DNA of 64,000 nucleotides from Geosiphon pyriformis uo1. Lineage: Eukaryota; Fungi; Glomeromycota. The notes below the pieces were generated by a model. It saw only the letters and a program-made list of their open reading frames with translations. It had not been told where the DNA came from and ran no database searches. Below, one piece after another: positions 24,726 to 37,810 of this stretch (positions are counted from its first letter, which is position 1; each line of letters starts with the position of its first letter). The position numbers were made by a program, and so were the translations under genes. The DNA lies in contig JAAOMT010000135.1 of assembly GCA_016748015.1 (NCBI GenBank), positions 1,115,085 to 1,179,084 on the forward strand. Direction: 5' to 3'.

Positions 24726-25584
24726 TATTACAGATAATTATTTGGGATTTCAAAACAAATAACAAACTCATAACTTGGTGCTTAATTGATAGTTGATGAT
24801 GTTGGTTTCTGAAGATTTTCATGATCTGAAGGGTTTGGTTAAGTTCTTTGTATAATAAACAAAGATTTAATTGATAGTTTTTATCTGTAGCTTTTTGAAA
24901 CCGCAGTTTTGTCAATTTCTTTCTCAGTGTAATGGCCAGTAATTCTCTTGGTAAGCTATCCTCAAATCTGAGTGTTTACTCTTATTTCTGGGTTTTTTAC
25001 CAATGCTATATTCTGATATCAATACCTCCATATGTAAATTCTTTTAATCAAGTTAACAAACAACAAAGAAAATAAAGCAAGAAAAAAAATAACAAAAATA
25101 AAAGACATAAGCCAAGGTGATTTGCACATTAGTATCCTGTTAATAGCTATCATCAAGAGCTATTATTCCAGTATGATTAAGTATCAATTACTATCAACAT
25201 AAAGTGTTAATAATGAAGAGTGAATTAAAATAGTGAATAATTATTTATTGATATTTGTAATGTGAAATGTTGCTTAAATTAAATCTAAACTAGAAAGTCT
25301 GTCTTTTTTTCTTCTAATACTATCACTATATATACATAATTGATGTTCTATAAGATTGCTCACATTTTCGAGCAATGTGCTATGATTTCTTAAACAATGC
25401 TTACATTGCTAAGCAATGTGCCCTAATTTTCTAATATTACTTCACATTGCTAAGCAATGTGCCATGATTTCTGACATTGTTTCATATTGCTTCATATTGC
25501 TAAGCAATGTGCTCATGTGCTAACTACTACTCTCTTATTGGTCTGCTATTTTCTATATCTGTTTTTTCTCTTTTATGAGTAACA
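24726..25584 (-). repeat. 5' LTR of the Gypsy element
   Basis: Direct repeat of 15546-16434. Followed on the minus strand by PBS TTTGGTACTCTCTGTGAGG. Confidence 0.92.
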
Positions 25585-28500
25585 ATACCATAAGAACAAT
25601 TGATTATGTTTTTGTTTCTTTGAATTTGGTCAATGCAATAGTGAATTATAATATTGTGAACATTGGTGATTACTTTGATATTGATTACCAAGCCATTTCT
25701 GTTTCTGTAGATTTAAGTGGCTTGTTAAATGTGCAGCTTAATCTTATATGCAAACAGGCAAACAAAGATTGTTGGAAGTTTAATGTTAAAAATACAGATA
25801 AGATAAAATAGAACAATTTTAAAAATTCTATAACAGTCAATGCAGTGATGTTTTTAGATAAATTTGCTACTTTTAGGAGATTCTTAAATTTGAATGCTAT
25901 GTAGAATGTGGTTTGCAAAATGATGTGCTTGTTGGCTAATAAGATATTCAAAAAAAAGTGGTTTAAAAAATTTAATGATGTCTTTACTAAGAACTTTTCC
26001 AAGTTTCATAAGTTGGAAATTTTGGTTTTAAAGATTGTTAGGTCTTTATATAAAGATGCCAATAATGAATTTATTTCTTTGATGAACTGTTGGATGTTTT
26101 TGGACAATGATAAAGCTTTTTTTATTCAGGTTTTTTTGAATTTTGGTGCTGATTTTAATTATGTGCAGTCTGCTTTTTGCAGCATAAAGAAATCATATTA
26201 TGTCTGCAAATTTGCTGAGTTATTAAGGGCTGAGGAAGCTTACATTAGATCTGCTATTGATAGAAGAATAAAAAACTTTGCAGTTAATAAAAACCATATT
26301 ATCAGAAGTGTTTTGGAGCATTTTTTTTGGAAAGTAGTGTTAGATTATTTAGTTGCTGATAATGAATTGTTTCTGAAGTCTGTTGAGATTAAAAATAAGA
26401 TTTATGCAATTATAAAGAATTGGACAAAGAAGAAAGTAATGTTAGACCATGTTTCCAATCTGTGGTGTTATTAATATCTGCTGCTGGCTTATGTTAATGA
26501 TGCTTTTTTTTCTAATATTATGAATTTTATCAGTTATAATAACTTAGTATGTGTGATTAAGAACTTACCTGATAGAAAGACTACTAATTTGTCTAATATT
26601 ACAAATAAACTATAGAAACATTGTAACAGTTTGGTGCTTATTATGTTTTTGGATCTTTTAAATTTTTGTTTGGTGTGTAAATTTGTATTTTAATCTTAAA
26701 AAACAGCTTAAGTATCAATGATCTTTAAACCATATAAATAGAAGGGTGTTCTGATTAATACTAGACTGATTGCATTAATTAAGACTGCTTAAAAGATTCT
26801 TTTTAAGTTGCTTTTTGATAAAATTTTTTGGTCTGTAGTGAATTTGATGTTCTTTATGATAACAATTTTACTGTATTAAAAGGCATTACTATTCAGTTTT
26901 CTATTTTTGTCATTGGTTTAGTAGTTGAGAATGCTTTGGAAAAGAGCCATAAGCTTTGATTGGTCTTATAAGATATATAAAAGACTTATGACTCTGTGAG
27001 TTAGCATCATTTGAGAAATAATTTGATTAAGATTAAAATATATAAGTGGTTCATTTGATTTTTTGGAAGAATTTATGATAATAGAGTCAATTGAATTATA
27101 ACTAATTATGGTTTAACAAATAAGTACTGTATGCACAATAGTTTGAATCAGAGTAAAGTTTTTTCTTTTTTGCTCTGGAGAATTTTTTATGATCCTTTCT
27201 TATTTGAAGTTAAACAGCAAAAAAGTTTGTGTGACTACCATATTGATATCAAGTTTGTTGTCAAAATTGGCAGATTAGAAAGTCAGAGTGGGCTAATTTT
27301 ATTTCTAGCAACTGGTGTTTTTGTTGATGACACAATTTGAATTAGAAGTAATTAAGCAGCCACTTAATACATTCTAGATATTGCAAGTAGTTTTTTTAAA
27401 ATTAATGATATTTCAATCAATAATAATAAAACAGTAGTTATTTTTATTAACCAGAAAATCAAGAATGCTTTATTATTGATTAGTGAATTGTCAATTTTTA
27501 TTGCACAGAAAGAAGAGTCTTATCAGTATTTGGATATTTTTTTGTCTTTTGAAGATTTGTCCAAACTTAGTCTGGTAAAGACTTATGCAAATATTGAGTT
27601 CTTTTCTAATATGGTTCTAAGGAAGACTATTTCAGATAAACAATTTTTTTATTTGGTCTTGGCAGTGTTGCATTCTATTGTTAATTACAAAATCCAATTT
27701 AGTTTTGTTTTTAAGAGTGTATGTGTCAAATGAAACATGCTGATTAAAAGAGGTTTGAAAATAAAAGCTGGCTTGTCTAGGGACTTTTCCAATAAGACTT
27801 TTTATCATCTATTTTCATACAGTCTAAAATCATTTGAACAGATGCAGATGGAAAATAAGTCAGCTTTGGTGTTGTGTTTTTTAAATGCTTGTAGAATTCT
27901 TGGTCATTTATTTAATCATAGGTCTCTGGACTTACAAGCTTCAAATTGGTCTTTTGTTTATTCTTTACAAACTTTTGTGAGATTGAAAATCAGTCTGGTT
28001 AATAACTTTTTAACTGGTGTAGTGAAAATTTTCTTGGAATATAATATGGTTCTTGACAACAATTTTTTTTCTGTGTTTTAATTCTTGAGTAGCATTCTAA
28101 TGTCTTCTATTTTGGGAAATTTAGTGTTCTATAATGTTTTTAAATCACTTAAAAGATTTAGTATTGCTTTTGTTAAACAATTATATAATAAAAAAGGCTT
28201 AATTTTTAATTAGAAGAAATTTTATTATTAAAAAAAGCTTGATTTCAGAGGTTCTGTTTCTAAGTAGTTCAAATTGTCATGTAAGTATTTGGTCTGCTCC
28301 TCTTGTGATCTTATTGTTCAGCTTTTTTGTGATAGATTTCTGCCTTTAAGTGTTTTTGGTTTTGGTAGTTTTTTTTCAGTACAGCAGTATTTTTTTGATG
28401 CCAATTTGGATGTTATTAATGTTTACACAGATAGTTTTCTGAAAAACTTGGGTATACATAAGATGAAATATGGTGCAGTTGTATTTTTTGCTGACTTAAA

Positions 28501-29693
28501 TCTGAATATTAGTATCAAAGTTAGTGGTTTGGTTTTTTCAATATTAGCTAAATTGCAGATTATTGCTCTTACTTTGAAGTATGTTCTGGCTGATAGTTAT
28601 GTTGTGATGCATTTGAACAGTTAGACTACTCTAAATGTATGTAATATTAAATTGAGATTGGCTTTACTAGATTTCTATAATGGAAAAGCATAGTGTTGTA
28701 AACTCTATTAGAAACAGAAAAATTAATATATCTTGGTCTAAGATTAAAAACCATTTAGATGTTTTGAAAAATAAACATGCTAATGAGTTGGCCAATTTGG
28801 TTTTGTATTCAAATTTGTTGTTTTTTATTCTTATTAAGGAAAAATTTATAAAGGCCAGTAAAATAGTAGTGTCTAATAATATTTATTATTTTATTTGTGG
28901 TGTTTTTAAGACTATTTATCAGGCTTGTTGAAAAGTTGAATTTAGATCTAATATTATTAATACTAATATAATTGGAGATATGGATTAAAGTCAGATTTTA
29001 TTGGTTTGGTATCTTAACTTGTATATGACAGCTAGCTTTACTAGTAGACTCACAACTAACTTGTGCTTATATTTTATGAAAGCTTTATATTATTGTTTGC
29101 TTGTTGCTATTAGGAAATAATTATATAATAGAATATACTCTAGTGTATTGTGTTTTTATTGCAGAAAAATGAAACTTCCTAATTATTCATTTACATATAT
29201 AATAAACTTTGCTGTTTGTACAAACTTAATTGATTTTTGCTTGGCTTGTTAGGCTTTTTTGTTGAGTTTGGGCCTATTATTGTCTTGGGTTATGCAGTTG
29301 TTTTCTACTTGTGCCTCTGATTTTGAAGTATATATGGCCTTATATAAGAGTTTTGTTTTTAAGAACTGGTATTTAGAGACTTTATTAGTATTCAAATGTG
29401 CTAAAATTGTAGATAAAATAGTTATTGATCTGATAAAAGATTTAAGGATTGCTCATCAAACAGAAATGTGGTTGGTAAAAGCTAAGTTTAGAGCAATTTT
29501 AAAGAGAAAAAATTTGATTGTGTGTAATAATTTAATACTTTTTACTACTTGTGGATTTTTGTTTTTGCTTTTTAATAATGTTATTAGATTACTTGATATT
29601 GAGAAGATATATAGTATTAGTTTTAATTTTTACAAGTTTTGCAGTTTTTTTTCTGATATTAATAGTTTTGTATCTGTTATAATAAATTTATAG
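25585..29693 (+). pseudogene. LINE ORF2 3' part (end of APE, RT, RNase H, C-terminal Cys motif)
   Basis: 'IRTIDYVFVS', 'NTRLIALI', 'LLWRIFYDPFL', 'GVFVDDTI', and RNase H at 28400-28800 ('VYTD', 'W.KIKNH...NKHAN'). Confidence 0.88.
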
Positions 29694-31696
29694 TATTGCT
29701 CTAACTGGTCTAAGTAACTGGTTATATATAGAAAATACATAATTTGTGCCTAGTTTAAATTACTTAGTTTGATATATTGTATTAGATAGTATTTAGGCTT
29801 TATTTATAAAATATTAATAATAAAAAAATTAAACTAATTAGTATTATAGTATTTTGAATTAAAATACAATATTTTTATACAAAAATTACAACACATATTA
29901 TGAAAATTAACATCAAAAATATGTAAAAAAAACTATATTATCAAAATTTATTTAACAAATATTAATTAATAACAAAAAAATAAAATATTAACAATTAATT
30001 TAAAATATAATTAAATTATAATATAGTTTAATTAAAATCCTAAATTAAATACAAAAAAATTTTAACAAAAAATACCAATTAAAATTAATAATTAATACAT
30101 ATAATTTAATAATAATAAATTTTATTATATTTTAAAATTTTTATATATTTTTATTTAAATAATTTCATACTTTAAATTTGTTATAAAAATAATTATTAAG
30201 AAAAATTAATTAGTTTGTTTTTAATTATGTTAATTATAATTATAATTAATATTTTAAATCAATCTATTTAAATTTAATCATCTAAATTATTAACTTTTAA
30301 AAAAATAACATACTAAGTAAGTTTAAAATAAATAAATAAATTTTATATATATAAATAATTTAAAATAGTATTAATATAATATATAAATTTTAAAATAATT
30401 TAACTATATATACAGTTTTTTTATAAGTTAAAAAAAATATTAGTTTTGTATATTAAGCCAACTTTTTATTATTTTATTATAAATAATAAGTTTTTTTTAT
30501 TTTTTTTTGTTTAGAATTTTATATATTTTTATATATTTTTTTGTTATAAATAAATAACTTTAATTATATTATTTTTTATTATATCATAAAAAAATAATTT
30601 TATTATAAATTTATTTTAAATAATAAATATCTTATAAAAATATATTAATTAAATATTTAAACAATATTATTTCAATTTATATTTACTATTTTATGATTTT
30701 TTTTATTTTTATTTTTTAAATTAAGTATCTAAAACCACATTTTTTTAATAACTAATTAATAAGATTTTAATATAACTTTAATATAATAATTTAATTGTTT
30801 TTTAGTAATTTAATTTATTTTTAGTGTTTTTAGTAAAAATCAATTATTGTTTTTTAAATAAATTTTAAGCTGGTTTTTATTCAAAATAAATATTAATGAT
30901 ATTATAATTTTATAATTTTATAAACATCTTTTATAATTTTTGTTTTTTCTATTTTCTTGTATATTATAAAATAAATTTATATAATTAATAGTTTTAATTA
31001 TATTATTTAATAGTATTATTAATATTAGAAATAATACTTAAATTTATAATATTATTAAGTAATATTAATTATTTAATTGTTTTTATAAAATTAAATTTAA
31101 TCTTAGAAGATTTAAATTTTTAAATTATTTTATCAAAAATACTTATATTTTTTTAAATTAAAAAATTTTGCATCTAAATTTTTTTGTATAAAAGCATTAT
31201 TTTTTAAAAAAAAGCAAACATAAAGCCAATAGATTTAATAATAAACTTAATCAAAGTCAAACAAAAATCAATTATAGAATTGACAATAATAATAATAAAA
31301 ACAACCAAAAAAATAAAAAAAGTCAGCAAAGCAAAAATAAAAGTTTTAATACAGAATTTAATATTAATAAAAAATAAATTAAAAAATTTAAACTTATTTA
31401 TAGACTCAAAAAAAATTTCAAAAGAAAAAAACAATAATTTATAATTAATAATTAAATAATTAAAAAATTAATATTTATAATAATAGCAATATTTAAAAGT
31501 TTTTTATTAAATACAATACTTATATAAAATATTAGTTTTTAATAAAATACAATTTATAATCTTTAAAAACTCAAAAATTATAATAATAAAACATTAATAA
31601 CAATAAAAATAAAAAAAATAAAAAATAAAACAAGTTTAATTATCAATTTAAAAAACCAAATTATTAATTTTAAAGATTATTTTTTTTTATTTATAT

Positions 31697-34590
31697 TATT
31701 ACAAATAATTATTTAAAGTCTGAAAACAAATAACAAATCTGTAACTTGGTGCTTAATAGTTGATACATGTTGGTAATATCTGAAGGTTTTGGTTAAGTTT
31801 TTTGTATAATGAACAGAGATTTAAGTATTGTTTTATCTGTAGCTTTCTGAAATTACAATTCCATCAAATTTTTGTCTTTAGTATAATAGTTGGTTTATTC
31901 TGGCAGTTATGCTCTTTTGATAAGCTATCTGTAATTTTTTTAAACTCTATACCTTTCCTTTTAAGTCTTTTACCAAACTATCTTTAACATTAATTAATCA
32001 ATTCTTAATTCCTTAAATCAATTAGTAAACAATAAACAACAAAGAAATAAATAAAATAAATAAAAATAAAAAAATAAATCAAGGCAAAAAAGAGTTAATA
32101 TCTTGTCAATAGTCATAATCAAGAGTTATTGATCTAGTATAGTTAAGTATTAATAGTTATTAACATGAATTTTTGATAGTAGAAAAATGTATTGCAATAT
32201 TTAAGAAGTATTTTATTGATATTTGATATTTCTACTTTAAGTTATAGAATACTATGATATAAAAAGATGAATTAGAAATAGAACTGGAGATTCTAAACTA
32301 TGGATTCTGTCTTTTCTGCTTCTAACACTACTGCTATATATACATAAATTTCATTGTACAAGATTTTTTGAATTTTTGAATTTTTTAGCCAGGAATCCTG
32401 TAATTCTGGAATTTAGCAATTCTTCTAAAAGGAATTCTGAAATTCTACTTTTACTATATTTATTCTAATTGGCTAATTTATGTACTAATATTTAATTCCT
32501 ATATTCTATGAGTAATATTATTCTCTCCTTTAATATTGAGCTTTTGTGAAATCTTCTAAAATTTTTTTTGTATTAATGTTGTTACTGTAATTTTTATTGC
32601 TATTTTTAAATCTAATTTTATATGTGACTGGAGTTTTTAACTATAGTGGTTTGTTCAGAATATTTAAGTTTAAATCTTGTATTTGTATTATATATATGTT
32701 TAAATATAATGCTCTCATTATTATCATTGAATTTAGTTAATTTTTGCTCTATTGTAAGATCTAAAAGCATGATATATTGTTTGGTGTTTAAAGTGAAGTT
32801 TGAATTTGTTGTTGGCAGAGTTTAAATTATCATTGTTATTTAGTGGAGTTTAAATTGTTGTCATCATTAGCAGAGTTTGAATTGTTGTTATTATTAGTGG
32901 AGTTTGAATCATTGTTGTTATTAATAAAGTTTGAATTATTGTTGTTATTAGTGGAGTTTAAATCATTGCTGTCATTAGTAGAGTTTGAATCAAAATTAAG
33001 TTTTGATTCTGATTCTCATTTGTTCTCACTAATTGGCTCTTTTTTAAATATATAATGCATAGAAGTTGATTGTAACTACATTCTAATATTCTAACTTAGG
33101 GCTGTTAGGTGAGTTTTGTTAATTTATTGGTACTATGAAAATTAGGTTTTATTGGACTATTAGAGATACATTTCTTTGTATAATTGCAGTGTTTGGAATT
33201 TATCAGACTTCAAATGTTTAGGTTTTTGAATAATTTCTGAAGTTTGAATTGCTAAAGGTTTAACAAGTTTTATTAATGATAAGTTTTTTTGTATAATAGT
33301 GGGATTGGAATTATCAGGTTTCAAATGTTTGGGTTTTTGAATAATTGGGTCTTAAATAATTGAAGTTTTAACAAATTTATTAAAGGTAAGTTTCGAATGT
33401 TTGGGGTTTTAATGATTAGATCTTGAATAATTGAAGTTTTAATTTTAATGAGTTTATCAACAATAATTTTCGAATGTTTGGGGTTTTAATGATTAGGTCT
33501 TAAATAATTAGAGTTTGAATTTAACAATTTTTTATTAAAGATAATAGTAAAATAAGGATTTTACAAATTCTAAGTGATTTTTTTTTGTTTTCTCTTGGTC
33601 TGCTACTTTCTTGCATAGTTGTTGTTAGTACTGGTTTTTTGTTGAATTATACTTCACAAAAAGCACCAAATGTTATAAATGATTATTTAGAGTCTCAAAG
33701 CAAATAACAAACCTGTAACTTGGTGCTAATTTGCTTGATGTTGTTAGTAATATCTGAAGATTTTGGTTATTTGAAGATTTTAATTAGAGTTCTTTGTATA
33801 ATAGACAGAAATTTAAGTGTGGTTTTCTTTTAATAATGTTTTAAGTGTTAACTCTTGGGTTAATGTGGTTTGTTGTCTGTCACTTCCCAAAATCACAATT
33901 CTATTAATTTTTTTCTCAACATGGTGGCCAGCAATTTTTTGGTAAGTTATCTTCAAATCTGAGTGTCTATCCTTATTCTTGGGTCTTTTACCAGTGCTAT
34001 ATGCTAATATTAATAATTCAGCACTTAATTCTTAATTAATTAGTATACAATAATAAAAAATAAAATAAAAAATAAAATAAAAAATAAAAATAAAAATAAA
34101 AAAAATAAGCCAAGACAATGAAAAGTTAATATTCTGTCAATAGCTGTGATTAAGAGCTATTGTTTCAGTATAATCAAGTATAGATTACTATTAATATAAA
34201 GTGTTGATAGTGGACAATTGGATTGATATATTTAATAAGTATATTTATTAATAGTGTAAAGATATAAATACTAATTAGGAAGTGAAACTCAGATGTCTTT
34301 TTTTTTGTATTTAATAATTATGATTTATGAGTCTAATTGACTCTGAGCTTAATTGATCAATTTTTTAGCTTCTGATACTACTGTTATATATACATAAATT
34401 TTATTGTATAAGATTTTTTGAATTTTTCAATTTTTTAGCCAAGAATTTTGTAATTCCTTATACAGAAATTCTGTAATTCTGGAATTCTGTAATTCTTCTG
34501 AGAAAAATCCTGGAATTCCACTTTTACTATATCTATTCTGATTGGCTAATTTATGTACTAATATTTAATTCCTATATTTTATGAATAACA
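31697..34590 (-). mobile_element. Non-autonomous LTR retroelement (LTRs 31697-32517 and 33671-34590) with ~1.15 kb repeat-rich internal region
   Basis: PBS (plus-strand AAAGCACCAAA at ~33660-33670) and PPT at ~32518-32535. The internal region has ~30-bp and ~60-100-bp tandem repeats and a dUTPase N-terminal remnant. Confidence 0.8.
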
Positions 34591-35512
34591 TTATCATTCC
34601 TAGTTTGCTTTGATTACATTTGGTTTCTAATTTGATTTGGATTCTGTGATTGTTAAGACTAGTACTTTAAGGAAGTGCTGTATTTAGTAAGAAACTTTTG
34701 GTTGTTAATACTGCTTTAGGTGTTAAGAAGTAAGTCATTTGGCTGTAGACTGTAAAGTCTTTTTGCCTCTTTTTTTCAAGACTCCTAAGGTGTTTAAATT
34801 ACATTTTATTGGTGATATTTCTTATGCTAAAGCCTCTGCTTCTTTGGATTTTTTTGGGTTTTCTCTCTTGACAGCTTTTATTTCTTCTTTTATAGTTGTT
34901 GGTAATCCCTTGGTGTTCTCTTGGTTGGTTTTTTTGAAGTCTGATTTGGTTAAGTTTTCTGTTTTGGTTGAGTTTATTGTTAAGCCAGTTGGTTTTTTAG
35001 TCAAATTGTTCGAACAATTTATTAATAGGGATTTGGTCTCAAGCAATAAACTTGGTTTTAAAGTTAATGAAGTTATGGTACAAATGGGTTTTTTTAGTAA
35101 AGTTGTTAGTAAGTTGGAAAAAAAAGTGATTTTTTTTAAAAAAGAGTGCTACATAAAAGATATTGATATGTTTGGTGATTTAGAGCACTCAGTTGGTTTG
35201 GATAATAAGGTGTTTTCTAACTTGATGTTTCTTTAAAAACATGAATCTATTAATATTAAAGCTAATATCTTAAAGACAGCCAAATGGCTGGTTGGATTGG
35301 TTCTTTGTAGTGCTACTTTGTTTTTTATCATTTAAAAAATGTTATTTTTGGATAAGTTTTTTTTGAATGCATCAATATAATATAGTCTAAACTAGCTTAA
35401 GTAACTGGTTATATGTAGAAAATACATGAGCCACATTTAATTTAAGACTCTATGTAGTTATATTATATTAAATAGTAGTTGGGTCTTGCTTATTAAACTT
35501 TAATAAAAATAA
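34591..35512 (+). mobile_element. 3' fragment of the ORF1-only element (second copy) with tail
   Basis: Colinear with ~1328-2250. ORF 34739-35236 is near-identical to 1480-1970, and the same tail follows. Confidence 0.9.
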
Positions 35513-35519
35513 AAATTAA

Positions 35520-37810
35520 AGCAAAATACTATCTAATTTATATTATTTAAACTATTATATAAAAAAAAAGTCATATTGTTTATTGAACTAAAAATATCTT
35601 TTTTTTAACAAAAACAATTATCATAGAAAACTTTAAAGTTATTTTATATCAAAAAACATATTAGCTTATAAAAATACTAGAAAACAATCATAAAACAACA
35701 GTTGACAATATTAGGAATTTTTTAGAATAACAAAAAAAGAGACATAATAATTGTCTACTAATTAATTAATTGAATTTAAAATTGAAGACCAAGTATTATT
35801 ATATTGTATTAAAGCTAAAAAACAATAGAATAAAAAATTTTACCTAAAATAAGATAAACTATTTTATATATATAAAGTTCTGGACAATAAAACTTATAAA
35901 TTACAATTGAAAACCAAAGTTTTAAAGAAAACTATATATAAAAATTGTCTAAAACTTTATTATATAATACAAAAATTATTGTCATTTATATTTTAACTAG
36001 AAACATAAATTTTATTAATCAGATCTAAAACCAATTATTATGATTAAATACAATACACATATAAAAATTTGAATTATGTAAATTAAATAAATAAATACTA
36101 AAAAAATAAGAAAAAAAACTTATTAGACAAAATTCTAAAACTTTCATAACAACTATTTAAAGCAATTCAACAATTTACAACACCAATAGAAATTATAATT
36201 GATAGAAAAAAGATATAATACAAAAATACATGCAAAAAAAATAGGCAAAAATTTAATTAAAATTGAATATTTCTATTTTTATGAATAATCAAAAAAAAAT
36301 ATATGACTTTAAATAATAATAAAAATTAAAAAAACTTTATACAATTTAACTCTAAAGCCAAACACTAGAAAGTTGATTTTTAAAATTTCCAAAATATAAA
36401 AAAAAAACTTTTATTAATATACTGGTTTTTTAAAATTAGCAAAAATCTAGACTTATAAATATTATATCTAAATATTAACAAATAAATATTCAACAAAAAA
36501 GCTTTTAAACAAGTAGAAAAATTTGTCAAAAAATAATTTAATATTATATTACAAGACAATATACTAACTATATTTAGCATTTAAGTATTATTACATTATA
36601 TTATTGAATAAGTTATTAAAAATTATTACAATTAACAATATAAAATAAATAATAAATTTCCAGTTTAAAGAATTACAAAAAGCAATATTCAACACAATAA
36701 TTAAATATTATATCAAAAAAACAATTTTTAAAGATACATATGATTTTACAGAAGCTTAATTCTAAAAAAAAGAAATAATATTATCCAAATAAAAAAACCA
36801 ATTCAAAACTATTAAAAAAACATGATTAATATATAATAATATAAAAAATATATAATAATATAAAATAATACAAAATAATGTAAAATAATACAAAATAATA
36901 TAAAATAATTCAGAATAATATATAATAACATAAAATAGCACAGAATAATTAATAATAATATAGAATAATTAATTATAATATAAAAAAACAAAGCAATAAC
37001 TAAAATAATAAATAATAGTTAATAATAACAAGCAATTAAAAACAATCTTATAGAACTAGAAAATATGTATAAAAGTAAGTAGTTTTACTAAATAGAAAAG
37101 AGAAGTAAAAAAAACAAGAATTATTTTTCTTTTAATATCTTAATCTTAGTCTAATTAACTTTTATCTTATATATATTTGTAAACCAATTAAATAAAAATC
37201 TTATTCTATAATTTATATATACTTAATCTTAATATTTTAATTGTCAAAATCAAATTAATTGTTTTTCTTATTTTTATCACTGAACAAATATTATTAGCAT
37301 AAAAAATATTTCAAAATTTTAATGATTTAGACCAATTGCTTTTAATTATAACAATTAATAAAATACTAATTATTATTTTTTTACTTTTTTATTTTATTTT
37401 ATTTATTTTATTTTATTTTTATTTTTTAATAAAACAGTAACATTGAAAATTAATTGTCTAAAAATAGATTTTATAATAATTTGGTAAAAAAGAAAAGTTT
37501 TTTCTAGATTTGGATATTAATTTTATTTTGCTAGGTTATCAAAAAAGTAAAAAAACAATACAAAATCTTAGTAATTGTACTTACTAGCTTAAAAAAAGAT
37601 ATAACTTAAATAATACAATTAAAAAAACCATATTTCTGTGTTTTATAATAAAAAACCCAATAAGTAGAACATTAAACAAGAAAAATTTTTAAAAATTAAT
37701 AACTTACAACAAAATCTAAAACAATTTTATTTAATTTACATATTGTTTTTAACATTAAATTATTAAATATCAACTATTATAATTATATTCTACCAAGTTT
37801 ATTTATAATA
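35520..37810 (+). mobile_element. 3' fragment of a second Gypsy family: integrase C-terminus, ORF3 homolog, PPT and LTR (36779-37810)
   Basis: Homologous to the reverse complement of 16450-17700. Decayed PPT at ~36760-36778. The LTR is related to 40583-42574 and 41248-42190. Confidence 0.75.

Larger units (their letters stand above)
15546..25584 (-). mobile_element. Full-length Ty3/Gypsy LTR retrotransposon (gag-PR-Cys-rich-dUTPase-RT-RH-IN-ORF3), degenerate
   Basis: Paired LTRs 15546-16434 and 24726-25584. PBS at ~24708-24725, PPT at ~16435-16450. 4-bp TSD GTGC/ATAC, whose removal restores the LINE reading frame. Domain order RT-RH-IN is Gypsy-type. Confidence 0.93.
13050..29828 (+). mobile_element. 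Full-length LINE (ORF1 + ORF2 APE-RT-RNase H-zinc finger), degenerate, interrupted by a Gypsy at 15546-25584
   Basis: ORF1 remnants, then APE start 'KVATCNVRNINN'. 'RGA|IRTIDYVFVS' is split by the insertion. RT '...GVFVDDTI', RNase H 'INVYTDSFLKN...LAKLQIIALTL', and a 3' tail with A-rich end at ~29693-29828. Confidence 0.88.

Noticed and set aside
32820-33010. ~30-bp tandem repeats (also 44690-44760) and ORF 32843-33055, superficially CRISPR-like or a repeat protein
   Set aside because: No unique spacers, no cas genes, eukaryotic context. This is the antisense of an expanded Asn/Asp/Ser linker inside an LTR element.
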